DNA of 64,000 bases from a virus. Of this stretch, positions 9,212-17,837 are shown piece by piece. The stretch's first letter is position 1. The number at the start of each line of letters is the position of its first letter. Position numbers and translations under genes: made by a program. The stretch lies in the IMG/VR virus record IMGVR_UViG_3300028024_000105, positions 1 to 64,000 of that record; one strand, given 5' to 3'. A model generated the notes under the pieces. It did no database searches, was not told where the DNA came from, and was given only the letters and a program-made list of their open reading frames with translations.

Positions 9212-10154
9212 GATCCCCACCGTTCTCATTACCGGCGGGCACGGCTTCGTCGGCAACAACCTCCGGACCTACCTGACCCAGCACTTCAAGGATCAGTTGA
9301 AGGCCGTCCGGTTCAGCCACGACAAGTTCGACCTGACCCGGGAAGCCGACACGAAGATCCTGTTCAAGGCGGCCGAGCCCGACATCGTGGTCCACCTGGC
9401 GGCGCTCTGCGGCGGGATCTTCGCCAACCAGATGAACCCGGCGTCGTTCTGGGAACAGAACCTGCGCATGGGCATGAACGTGCTGGCCGCCTGCGTCGAC
9501 TACAACGTCAAGAAGCTGGTCACGCTGGGCACGGTCTGCAGCTACCCCAAGATCGCGCCCATCCCCTTCACCGAAGCCTCGCTCTGCACCGGCTGGCCCG
9601 AGATCACCAACCGGCCGTACGGCATCGCCAAGCTGGCGCTCTATGAGGGCTGCCGGGCCTTCGGCCTGCAGCACGGCCTGAACTTCTCCTACCTAGTCCC
9701 GACGAACATGTACGGGCCGCACGACAACTTCGACCTGGACTCGGGCCACGTGATCCCGGCTATCCTCCGGAAGTTCCACACCGCCGTTCACAAGGACCAG
9801 AGCGTCGTGGAGCTGTGGGGCGACGGCACCCCGACCCGGGACTTCCTGTACGCCGAGGACTGCGCGCGGGCCATCGCCATGGCCATCAACACGGACACCG
9901 GCTCGGAGCCCATCAACTTGGGGTCCGGCGAGGAAGTCAGCATGTCCGCCCTGGCCGAGATGGTCCGGGCGGTCACCGGCTACGAAGGCGAGATCATCTG
10001 GGACACGACCAAGCCCAACGGCCAGCCCCGGCGGGCGGTCGACGCCACACGGGCCCGGAACGTCCTAGGCTGGCATTCCACGGTCCCGGTCTTCGAGGGC
10101 CTGAAGCGGACCTACGGCTGGTTCCTGAACAGCCCGTTCGCCGAGGTCAAATAG
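9201..10154 (+). CDS. fcl: GDP-L-fucose synthase
   Basis: TGGHGFVG, HLAALCGGIFAN, LGTVCSYPK, YGIAK, PTNMYGPHDNF, HVIPA, WGDGTPTRDFLY, KPNGQPRR. Confidence 0.93.
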   Translation: MTSKIPTVLITGGHGFVGNNLRTYLTQHFKDQLKAVRFSHDKFDLTREADTKILFKAAEPDIVVHLAALCGGIFANQMNPASFWEQNLRMGMNVLAACVDYNVKKLVTLGTVCSYPKIAPIPFTEASLCTGWPEITNRPYGIAKLALYEGCRAFGLQHGLNFSYLVPTNMYGPHDNFDLDSGHVIPAILRKFHTAVHKDQSVVELWGDGTPTRDFLYAEDCARAIAMAINTDTGSEPINLGSGEEVSMSALAEMVRAVTGYEGEIIWDTTKPNGQPRRAVDATRARNVLGWHSTVPVFEGLKRTYGWFLNSPFAEVK

Positions 10155-10249
10155 CCAGAAACGCCGTTAAACGCATCGCAGATAGCAAATAGGTACCGGG
10201 AGACGTCCAAGCCCGGGAAAATCGCTCCTACCCCCCTTTCCGGACTCCT

Positions 10250-11761
10250 ATGAAGGCATTAGTCAGCACGGTCTGGACGGTTTTGGAGGGTGTTCCGATC
10301 CTGGAACGCCAGAAGCTGGACAAGGCGTTCGCCGTCCCCGTGAAGGACGCCATGCGTGTCCCCCACCTGCGGCGCCTGATCAAGATGAAGCGCTGGGACG
10401 GCTGCGAGCACTTCCTGAAGCTGGACGACAAGACGGACCAGATCCGGCTGCCCACGGGCCTGCTGCGCAAGCTGACGGCCATGTACCCCGGCCTGCAGGT
10501 CGAGGACCGGAGCCTTAACGGCTTCTCGGATACCTGGGCCACCGCCAAACTGGCAGCCCAGACTGTCGAGTTGAACGGGATCGAGTTCTCGGCCCACCAG
10601 CGCGCAGCCATCATCTCGGCGGTCACCAACCGGCGCGGCATCATGAAGCTGGCGACGAACGCGGGCAAGACCGAGGTCGGGGGCGGCGTCGTGAAGGCGC
10701 TCGGCATGCGGGCGCTCTGGGTCATCCACCTGAAAGGTCTTCTGCATCAAACGGCCGAGCGCCTGGAGCTGCGTCTAGGGATGCCGGTCGGCCGGATCGG
10801 CGACGGACTCGATAAACCATGCGGCATGGTCGACGTCGCCACGATGCAGTCGATCAAGCCCACCAAGAAGGGCATGAGGAAGCGGCTCGCCGACTACAAC
10901 GTCCTGATCTTCGACGAGGCGCACCACCTGTCCTCGACCACCCAGCAGAGCATCGCGAAGGCATGCGTCAACGCTCCCTTCCGCTACGCGTTCGGCGGCT
11001 CGTTCCCCGACGACGAGATCAAGCGGCTGAAGATCGCGTCCGCCACCGACGCGACGCTGCTCTACGACCTGACGAACCGGGAGCTGATCGAGACGGGCTG
11101 GTCCGCGAGCCCGACCGTCCACATCAACCGGATCGACCACCCCGGCTTCGACGACTCGAAGTACGTCGTGGAGCACACGGAGATTCCGGAGGACTTCGAC
11201 GAGGATGAAGACGAGAAGCCCGACACGGTCCGCCGGGTGCTCTTCCACAAGATCGACGAGGACCTGATCTCGAACAACCCCAAGGTGGACGAGATCGTGC
11301 TGGGCGAGATCGAGAAGTTCTTCATGAAGGGCATGACGGTCCTGGTCCTCGTCGACCGGATCGCGCACGGCGCCGCGCTCGGCCGGAAGCTGGGCGGCAA
11401 GGGCATCAGATACGAGTTCCTGAACGGCTCGCACAATAGCGCCTTTCGAGAGGAGCGCCTGCGAGAGTTCAAATCCGGAACACTGCCGGTGATCATCGCC
11501 ACCAGCATCCTGGACGAGGGCATCGACGTGCCCCGCGTGCAGGCCGTCGTGCTGGCGGGCGGCGGGAAGTCAACGGTCAAGCTGTTGCAACGAGTGGGCC
11601 GCGCTCTGCGTCGAAAGCAGGGGATCGGCGAGAACGTGGCCCACATCGTTGACTTCCTGCACACCGGCTCCCGGTACACCGCAAAGCATGGGCGCGCGCG
11701 TCTTACGGTCTACAACTCCGAGCAGTTCGAAGTCATCGAAGAAGGCAAATTCACCGTATGA
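10250..11761 (+). CDS. SF2 DEAH-box helicase (UvsW/ResIII-like)
   Basis: LATNAGKT, DEAHH, ILDEGIDVP, QRVGRALR. Confidence 0.9.
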   Translation: MKALVSTVWTVLEGVPILERQKLDKAFAVPVKDAMRVPHLRRLIKMKRWDGCEHFLKLDDKTDQIRLPTGLLRKLTAMYPGLQVEDRSLNGFSDTWATAKLAAQTVELNGIEFSAHQRAAIISAVTNRRGIMKLATNAGKTEVGGGVVKALGMRALWVIHLKGLLHQTAERLELRLGMPVGRIGDGLDKPCGMVDVATMQSIKPTKKGMRKRLADYNVLIFDEAHHLSSTTQQSIAKACVNAPFRYAFGGSFPDDEIKRLKIASATDATLLYDLTNRELIETGWSASPTVHINRIDHPGFDDSKYVVEHTEIPEDFDEDEDEKPDTVRRVLFHKIDEDLISNNPKVDEIVLGEIEKFFMKGMTVLVLVDRIAHGAALGRKLGGKGIRYEFLNGSHNSAFREERLREFKSGTLPVIIATSILDEGIDVPRVQAVVLAGGGKSTVKLLQRVGRALRRKQGIGENVAHIVDFLHTGSRYTAKHGRARLTVYNSEQFEVIEEGKFTV

Positions 11762-13086
11762 CGAAGCCCGGGTTCCTCCCTGAGTTTGAGCAGGCGGTCC
11801 TCGCGTGTCTGGTGCAAGACCAGAAGTTCATGCGCGAGGCGCTCTCCGTTCTTCGGCCGGACTACTTCATCGACGCCCAGTGCGCCAGCGCCTGCAAGGT
11901 CATCACCGCGAACTACATCAAGACGAAGCAGCCGCCCAGCAAGCCCGGCCTGCTGTCGGGTCTCGTCGAAGAAGAGCGTCGCCGGGCCAAGGGGATCAAG
12001 GCGAAGGACGAAGGCGCCCTGCTGCTCGACCCCTGCCGCGCTCTGGTCGAGAAGTGCTTCGAGCAGATGGGCGAGATGGCCGACGTCAAGGAGCGGTTCC
12101 TCGACTTCTGCCGCCAGCGTGAGATGGAGAACACGCTGCTGGAGCAGTACAACAAGATCGAGAAGGGCGAGATCAACGTCGCGCAGGCGGCCGAAGTCAT
12201 CCGCCGGGTCCATCAGCGGCTCTCGTCCCAGTCGCAGGGCGGCAGCAGCTTCTTCGGCGACCTGATGAACTTCCCGTCCGAGATCCTGGAGATGCAGGGG
12301 AAGGTCTTCACGACCGGATTCCCGAAGCTCGACATCAAGATGGGCGGCGGCGTTTCTCCGGGCACGCTCACCACCTGGATCGCGGGGCCCAAGGGCGGCA
12401 AGTCCACGGTCATGCTGAACACCGGCTTCTACAACCTGTGCAGGGGCAAGACCGTCGTCCACTTCACCTGCGAGATCAGCGAGCGCAAGACCAAGAAGCG
12501 CTACGCCGCGCGCATGACCGGCATCGACTACAACAAGATCCACCTGCAACCCAACGTGATGCTGGAGAAGTGCGCCGAGTTCTGGAACACCCACGGCGAC
12601 CCGAAGCTGATCGTCAAGGGCTACCCGGCCAGCACCGCGAGCTGCGACAACTTCCGGAGCTACCTCTACTGGCTCGAGATGGAACAGAACGTCAAGCCGG
12701 ACATCGTCATCGTCGACTACGGCGACGAGGTCGTGCCCATCGAGCGCAAGGGCGAGGTCCGCCACGACCTGGGGCAGGTCTACAAGGAGATGCGCGTGCT
12801 GGCCGAGGAGTTCGGCGTCCCGGTCATCACGGCTTCGCAGGGCAACCGCGAGTCCCTCTCCAAGCTCGTGATCCGGATGCAGGACATCGCCGAGTCGATC
12901 CAGAAGTGCGCCGTCAGCGACCACATCCTCTCGGTGTGCATGTCCGACGAAGAGAAGCTGAAGGGCGAGGCCCGGATCTTCTTCGCCGGATCGCGCGAGG
13001 CCGAGACCGGCGACCAGATCAACATCCGGCACGACTTCAAGACGTTCATGATGGCCGAGACCACCGCGTTCGTGGGCGTGAGGTAG
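11758..13086 (+). CDS. Replicative DnaB/T4 gp41-like helicase
   Basis: TTGFPKLD..GG, GPKGGKS Walker A, IVDYGD, TASQGNR, IAES. Confidence 0.9.
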   Translation: MTKPGFLPEFEQAVLACLVQDQKFMREALSVLRPDYFIDAQCASACKVITANYIKTKQPPSKPGLLSGLVEEERRRAKGIKAKDEGALLLDPCRALVEKCFEQMGEMADVKERFLDFCRQREMENTLLEQYNKIEKGEINVAQAAEVIRRVHQRLSSQSQGGSSFFGDLMNFPSEILEMQGKVFTTGFPKLDIKMGGGVSPGTLTTWIAGPKGGKSTVMLNTGFYNLCRGKTVVHFTCEISERKTKKRYAARMTGIDYNKIHLQPNVMLEKCAEFWNTHGDPKLIVKGYPASTASCDNFRSYLYWLEMEQNVKPDIVIVDYGDEVVPIERKGEVRHDLGQVYKEMRVLAEEFGVPVITASQGNRESLSKLVIRMQDIAESIQKCAVSDHILSVCMSDEEKLKGEARIFFAGSREAETGDQINIRHDFKTFMMAETTAFVGVR

Positions 13087-13087
13087 C

Positions 13088-14038
13088 ATGTCGACGGTCC
13101 TCGACGTCCTGAAGGAGCACGGCGTCGATCTCCACCCGACCGGCAATCCGGACGAGTGGATTCTGACGTGCCCCGAGACGCACTGCGGCAAGCGCAAGCT
13201 CTACCTGAACATCGAGAAGCGGCTCTTCACCTGCTTCGTGTGCTCGCAGTCCGGCGGCGTCAGGAAGCTCTTCAAGCTGCTCGGGATCAACAGCAAGTCC
13301 GAGCTGTCGCCGTCGTTCGAGACGCTGCGGCAGAAGGCCGCCGAGCAGATTGCAAAGCGCTCGCGGGTCGACCTAGTGCCCGAGTCGGACGGCACGTGTC
13401 CGCTCCCTCCCGAGTTCAAGGTCATCGACCCCTTTGCATCGCCCACGGCGACGTCTGAGGCAACCCGCGCGTACCTGAACGGGCGCGGGGTGACGGACGA
13501 CCAGATCCGCTACTGGTCCATCGGATGCTGCGAGACCGGGAAGTACGCCGGGTTCTGCGTGATCCCGATCACGGACCATCTGGGCTCGGTCGTGTCGTTT
13601 CAGGCGCGCCGCGTCGCGGGCATGGGGCAGAAGAGCCTGAACCCGCCCGGTGGCGACAAGTTCCTGTTCAACATCGACCATGCGAAGGCGTCCCCCGGGC
13701 TGGTCCTGGTCGAAGGCCCCTTCGACGCGATGGCGGTGCATTTCCGCATGCTGGAAGGCGGACTGCCTATCTCGTCCGTGGCGCTGCTCGGTCACTCCTG
13801 CTCGTCCGAGCAGGCGATGATGATCTCGCGAATCCTGCGGCCCGAGCTGGTGTGGATCGCACTGGACCCCGATATCACGAACATCGACATGCACAAGGTG
13901 GGCGCCGTTCTCCGGATGAATGGCTGCCGAGACGTCCGCGTGGCACTGTTGCCGCGCGACCCCGACGAAATGGAGTTCGTAGAGCTGGCCGACTGCCTGG
14001 ACACGGCAGAGCCCGCCCTGATTCTGAGGAAGTCATGA
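13088..14038 (+). CDS. DNA primase (Zn finger plus TOPRIM)
   Basis: CPETHC...CFVC finger; VEGPFDA, LDPD, DPDE TOPRIM motifs. Confidence 0.85.
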   Translation: MSTVLDVLKEHGVDLHPTGNPDEWILTCPETHCGKRKLYLNIEKRLFTCFVCSQSGGVRKLFKLLGINSKSELSPSFETLRQKAAEQIAKRSRVDLVPESDGTCPLPPEFKVIDPFASPTATSEATRAYLNGRGVTDDQIRYWSIGCCETGKYAGFCVIPITDHLGSVVSFQARRVAGMGQKSLNPPGGDKFLFNIDHAKASPGLVLVEGPFDAMAVHFRMLEGGLPISSVALLGHSCSSEQAMMISRILRPELVWIALDPDITNIDMHKVGAVLRMNGCRDVRVALLPRDPDEMEFVELADCLDTAEPALILRKS

Positions 14039-14826
14039 AGAAGAAAATCTGCGTCATCGGCCTGGGCGAAATCGGTTCGTCCGTCTTCTCGGAGCTGATG
14101 AACCACCTGGACAAGTTCGACCTAGTCGGGGTCGACATCGACTCCAACAAGTTCGACTACAACGTCGCGGTCGTCGAGTACAGCCTCGAGCCGGTCCCTG
14201 CGGACGTCTACATCATCACCGTCTGGACGATGGACCAGATCAAGAAGGTGTTGCGCACCATCTCCCCGTACGTGATCAGCCGGAACGCGCTGGTCAGCAT
14301 CGAAAGCACCATCGACACGGCGCACATCAAGGACCTGATGCAGTTCATTCAGAGCATGGACTTGGCGCACGACACCATCCACGTCCCGCACCGCTGGAAC
14401 CCCTGCGACCCCGAGCACGGCGTGTTCAACCAGCCGCGCGTGATCGGCGCCATGTCGACTTTCGGGATGATTCGGGGAGAGGAGTTCTACGAGCAGTTCA
14501 TGGGCAAGGGCATGCTCTACCGGACCACGTTCGAGACGGCCGCCGTGGCGAAGGTGTCCGAGAACGCCTACCGAGCCATGGAGATCATCCTGGCACAGGA
14601 GCTGAAGCGCTCGTGCGAGGCCCACGGCTACAACTTCGAGGATCTGCGCGAGGCGATGAACAGCAAGTGGAACATCGACGTGCGCGAGGCCCGGGACGGC
14701 GTGAAGGGAAAGTGTCTGCCCAAGGACCTGGGCATCTTCACCCGGACGTTCCCCGAGAACGTCCCGGCCCGCATTCTCTGCCTTCTCAACGAGGAATTCA
14801 AGAAGTCGTGTAACACTTCCTCGTGA
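14035..14826 (+). CDS. Nucleotide-sugar dehydrogenase family protein (UDP-Glc/GDP-Man DH; lacks C-terminal domain)
   Basis: VIGLGEIG, IEST, AKVSENAYR, GKCLPKD with catalytic Cys. Confidence 0.8.
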   Translation: MKKKICVIGLGEIGSSVFSELMNHLDKFDLVGVDIDSNKFDYNVAVVEYSLEPVPADVYIITVWTMDQIKKVLRTISPYVISRNALVSIESTIDTAHIKDLMQFIQSMDLAHDTIHVPHRWNPCDPEHGVFNQPRVIGAMSTFGMIRGEEFYEQFMGKGMLYRTTFETAAVAKVSENAYRAMEIILAQELKRSCEAHGYNFEDLREAMNSKWNIDVREARDGVKGKCLPKDLGIFTRTFPENVPARILCLLNEEFKKSCNTSS

Positions 14827-14844
14827 TCGCGCGTCTTACTGGGC

Positions 14845-15027
14845 ATGACGCTAACAGCATTGCTGATAACGCGAGAGGACGAGTCCTCAGACGCGTTTGA
14901 CCTTCAGGGCATGATCGAGCTGGAGAAGAACCACCGCACCAATGTTCTCCTGCTGGATATGATGCTCGACGGCAAGCCCCGGCGATGGCTCGACGACGAT
15001 CTCACAAGGAACTGGGAATCTCTGTAA
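14845..15027 (+). CDS. Small hypothetical protein (leaderless)
   Basis: ATG 5 nt after CGTCTTAC. Confidence 0.5.
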   Translation: MTLTALLITREDESSDAFDLQGMIELEKNHRTNVLLLDMMLDGKPRRWLDDDLTRNWESL

Positions 15028-15097
15028 CGGGAGTGCAGATAGCACGTCTCACCTACAGAGTTTACTGGAACGGATCGAGAACGGAAAGGAGCGAAAC

Positions 15098-16273
15098 ATG
15101 CGGTGCAAGGAAAACATCGTGGACCTGCCGGAGCTGACCCAGCGCCTGAAGACGGAGTCGGCGCGGACCCGGGACCTGCTCGCGCGCGCGGACGTGTGCG
15201 ACGTGCTCACCGACGGCAAGGAGACCCTCTTCAAGGTGAACGGCCGGGCCTACCGGATCGAGGAGCAGACCCACGGCCAGCTCGCGGGCAAGACGGGCGT
15301 GCCCAAGGCGTACTACGACAAGATGAAGCTCGATGCGCCCGAGCTGCTCGCCGAGAACCTGAACCACTGGCTGCACCAGAGCAAGAAGACCCATCTCGTC
15401 CGGCTGATGGACGACGCCGTCCGTGCCTTCCTGTCCGACCGCTACCGCCCGATCAACCACCTGGATCTGGTCACCGTCGCGATGCAGGTCCTCTGCGGGA
15501 TGGACGGGCAGGCCGGGGAAGCCAAGCCCCACGCGCGCGGCGCCCGCTGCATGTCGTGGGACCTGACGCCCACGATGCTCGACGTCCGCTTCGTCAACCC
15601 GGCCATCTGGGTCGACCTGGAGAAGCTCGACGAGGGCCTGCACATCGACACCGACCTGACCGACGACGAGATCGAGAAGCGCATCATGCGGCGCGGGCTC
15701 GCGGTCGACCGCACGGACTGGAGCGACACGACGGTCTACCCGTCGGCGCTGCTCTACAACAGCGAGACCGGCCACGGCGGACTCGGCATCGAACCCGGCC
15801 TGATGGAGGGGCTCTGCATCAACTTCAACTGGTACGGCAAGTCCCTCGAGCAGCGGCATCTCGGCAAGACGCTCGAGATGGACGACATGTTCTCGAGCGA
15901 GACCTACAAGAAGATGAACGCCGTCGTCTTCTCGAAGGCCGCCGACACCTTCCGGTCGGTGTTCGAGCCCGAGCAGTTCCTCGTGTCCTGCAGGCGCTTC
16001 GCGGGCCTGAAGGAAGTCGAGATCGACGTCAAGGACGCGGTCGACAACATCGTCGAGCTGCCCGGCATGACCGAGGGCCTGCGTGACGACATCATGCAGA
16101 CCTACCTGCTCTACAAGTCCCACGGCAAGCGCAAGCACGACAACCTGTTCGACCTGAACCGCGCGGTCACGGAAGTGGCCCAGAAGGTCGAGAACCCCGA
16201 GCAGGCGCTGGCCCTGGAACAGCTCGGCGGCGAGCTGATCCTGACGGGCGGGGATTCGAAACTGATTTCCTGA
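15098..16273 (+). CDS. DUF932-like phage protein
   Basis: QLA..TGVP..YY.KM...PEL...NLN.WL, RAFLSDRY, NSETG.G, C.N; strong SD. Confidence 0.7.
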   Translation: MRCKENIVDLPELTQRLKTESARTRDLLARADVCDVLTDGKETLFKVNGRAYRIEEQTHGQLAGKTGVPKAYYDKMKLDAPELLAENLNHWLHQSKKTHLVRLMDDAVRAFLSDRYRPINHLDLVTVAMQVLCGMDGQAGEAKPHARGARCMSWDLTPTMLDVRFVNPAIWVDLEKLDEGLHIDTDLTDDEIEKRIMRRGLAVDRTDWSDTTVYPSALLYNSETGHGGLGIEPGLMEGLCINFNWYGKSLEQRHLGKTLEMDDMFSSETYKKMNAVVFSKAADTFRSVFEPEQFLVSCRRFAGLKEVEIDVKDAVDNIVELPGMTEGLRDDIMQTYLLYKSHGKRKHDNLFDLNRAVTEVAQKVENPEQALALEQLGGELILTGGDSKLIS

Positions 16274-16336
16274 AGCGTCTTACGAGACGAGGGACGACGG
16301 TAGTACAGTCGTCCGTGCGACCGGTAGTTGCAGTAC

Positions 16337-16368
16337 GGGGCCGAGGGGTTCGAAACCTCTCGGCCCCA
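16337..16368 (+). ncRNA. tRNA minihelix (acceptor stem plus T arm only)
   Basis: GGGGCCG-AGGGG-TTCGAAA-CCTCT-CGGCCCC-A: 7+5 bp with a T-loop. Confidence 0.55.
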
Positions 16369-16389
16369 CGATCATCGGTCCAAGAGATT

Positions 16390-16480
16390 GAAGATTTCCG
16401 GAAGTGCCTGTTCGAATCGGGCGGCGAGGATTAGTCCTCGCTTGGTGTAATTGGCAGCACACCGGAGCAAAAGATTTTTC
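16390..16480 (+). ncRNA. Circularly permuted tRNA-like RNA (YrlA Y-RNA-like topology)
   Basis: Order: TCCGG, T arm, acceptor stem closed by TTAG loop, D arm, CCGGA; the two ends pair. Confidence 0.75.
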
Positions 16481-16520
16481 AAATTCCGCTGGTGGGGATC
16501 TCGATACAGCCAGCGGACAT

Positions 16521-16594
16521 GGGGTCCTCGTTCAACAGAAGGACCGCTGCTTTGCAAGCAGCAGATGCGAGTGCGATTCTCGCGGACTCCACCA
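16521..16594 (+). tRNA. tRNA-Ala(TGC)
   Basis: GGGGTCC/GGACTCC with G3:U70, anticodon arm GCTGC-TTTGCAA-GCAGC, encoded ACCA; atypical T loop TGCGATT. Confidence 0.9.
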
Positions 16595-16700
16595 AATTTC
16601 GGCGAGCGGTGCACGAACAAGAGCCACAATAAGGTCTCCGCACCTGTGGCCAGTAAAGGATGCACTCACGGACTCGCCGCAATATTTTGTCCAAGTAGTT

Positions 16701-17050
16701 ACCAACGAAGACGACGAACGACACACGACAGACGAAACCACCACACATCTAGCGCTGGCTTAGGAAGCTCCGGCGCATCTTCAGGAGCTACCTACCTGGG
16801 CCGCGTACGTCGCGGCTCGGTCGTGCTCTTTCCAAAAGCAAGACAACGGATACAGACCCCTTCCAGACGAACGGATGAAACCGCCGTCGTAGTGGTCCGC
16901 GAGGATCAGTGGGGGTTGTGCTGGCGCTGTACGCGGCGGTAAAGCTACACCTGGACGCTTCCTTCGGGACGGCACGACAAAATCTATACCCGACACACTT
17001 GGGACATCCCCTCAAGTCTGTGGCGTTGTCTGAACAAATTCACGCCTTCC
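16701..17050 (+). ncRNA. Putative structured ncRNA
   Basis: No credible ORF; starts 5 nt after GTCCAAG; A/C-rich 5' tract followed by many hairpins. Confidence 0.5.
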
Positions 17051-17148
17051 GAGAAGCGTAGGTGGCGCTCTGCCCCGACACGCCTTGGGACTTGCGGATT
17101 TCATCCGCGCTCCGCTCAAGTCTCCTGAACGCAAGCGTCCTACGGAAC

Positions 17149-17472
17149 ATGATGAACGAGAACGCATGCAGGCTGGACAGCCCCGGCTGGTGCTACGAGC
17201 ACGATCAGGCAGTAGAGAACTGCCTTCACTTCTTCCGCCTGTCCCGCAAGCTCCAGCACGACATCGTTTCGCTGCAGAAGGAGCGGATCGAGACCCTTGA
17301 GGGACAGCTCGGACACGCCGCCGATCTGTGCGGGCAGGCCAAGGACGTCCTCGTGAAGTCCGAAGAAGCGCTCGACCTGGAGCGCGCCAAGGTGACCTAC
17401 GAACAGGCCGAGAACGACGCGCTGCACGTCGAGAACTATCTGCTGCGCGAGCTGCTGAAGGCAGTGCTCTGA
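17149..17472 (+). CDS. Coiled-coil hypothetical protein (leaderless)
   Basis: ATG 5 nt after CGTCCTAC. Confidence 0.6.
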   Translation: MMNENACRLDSPGWCYEHDQAVENCLHFFRLSRKLQHDIVSLQKERIETLEGQLGHAADLCGQAKDVLVKSEEALDLERAKVTYEQAENDALHVENYLLRELLKAVL

Positions 17473-17474
17473 TC

Positions 17475-17606
17475 GTGCGGAAGGTGTTCGAAGGCTGCGT
17501 GTGCGCCGCTGCCGTGATCCTGTGCCTCGCCATCTTCGTGCTGACGGTCGTGAACCAGATGGTCGGTTTTTACCGGTTGCTCTGCTGGATCTTCGGAAGG
17601 AGCTGA
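17475..17606 (+). CDS. Small membrane protein
   Basis: Hydrophobic 43-aa ORF filling the gap between genes. Confidence 0.4.
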   Translation: MRKVFEGCVCAAAVILCLAIFVLTVVNQMVGFYRLLCWIFGRS

Positions 17607-17610
17607 TCTC

Positions 17611-17835
17611 GTGAAGCATCTCCACATCCTGCTGTTCACTCCTGCTTCGGAGCCCGCCGTGAAGCCGGGCACGAAGACCTATGTCTTCAACGGCCACCTG
17701 TACCTGGTCGCGACGCGGATCGTCGTGCACGGCGAGTTCACCCTCGAGCAGCAGGCCGAGACCGCCGAGAAGATCGCGCGGGCGCTCGGCCACGCCTGCT
17801 ACACGTTCGGCCTGATCGTGGATTCGGAGCGCTAG
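17611..17835 (+). CDS. Hypothetical protein
   Basis: AAGGAG SD, GTG start. Confidence 0.55.
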   Translation: MKHLHILLFTPASEPAVKPGTKTYVFNGHLYLVATRIVVHGEFTLEQQAETAEKIARALGHACYTFGLIVDSER

Positions 17836-17837
17836 CC

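Noticed and set aside
1-10154. Host chromosomal O-antigen locus flanking a prophage
   Set aside because: Carries the same phage promoter motifs as the rest of the window, has no wzx/wzy/ABC exporter, and shows no att boundary
11710-13197. Long antisense ORFs (also 26017-27396, 34584-35981, 55489-56685 and others)
   Set aside because: Expected shadow frames of high-GC3 genes; no motifs or start signals, unlike the 45050 frame
16600-16679. Theta/HDV-like ribozyme after tRNA-Ala
   Set aside because: P1- and P3-like stems are present but I cannot place P2 or the catalytic-C junction
16337-17050. Canonical one-piece tmRNA beginning GGGGCCGA
   Set aside because: That 5' strand pairs locally in a perfect hairpin, lacks G3:U70, and no matching 3' T-arm/CCA end follows the tag-like frame
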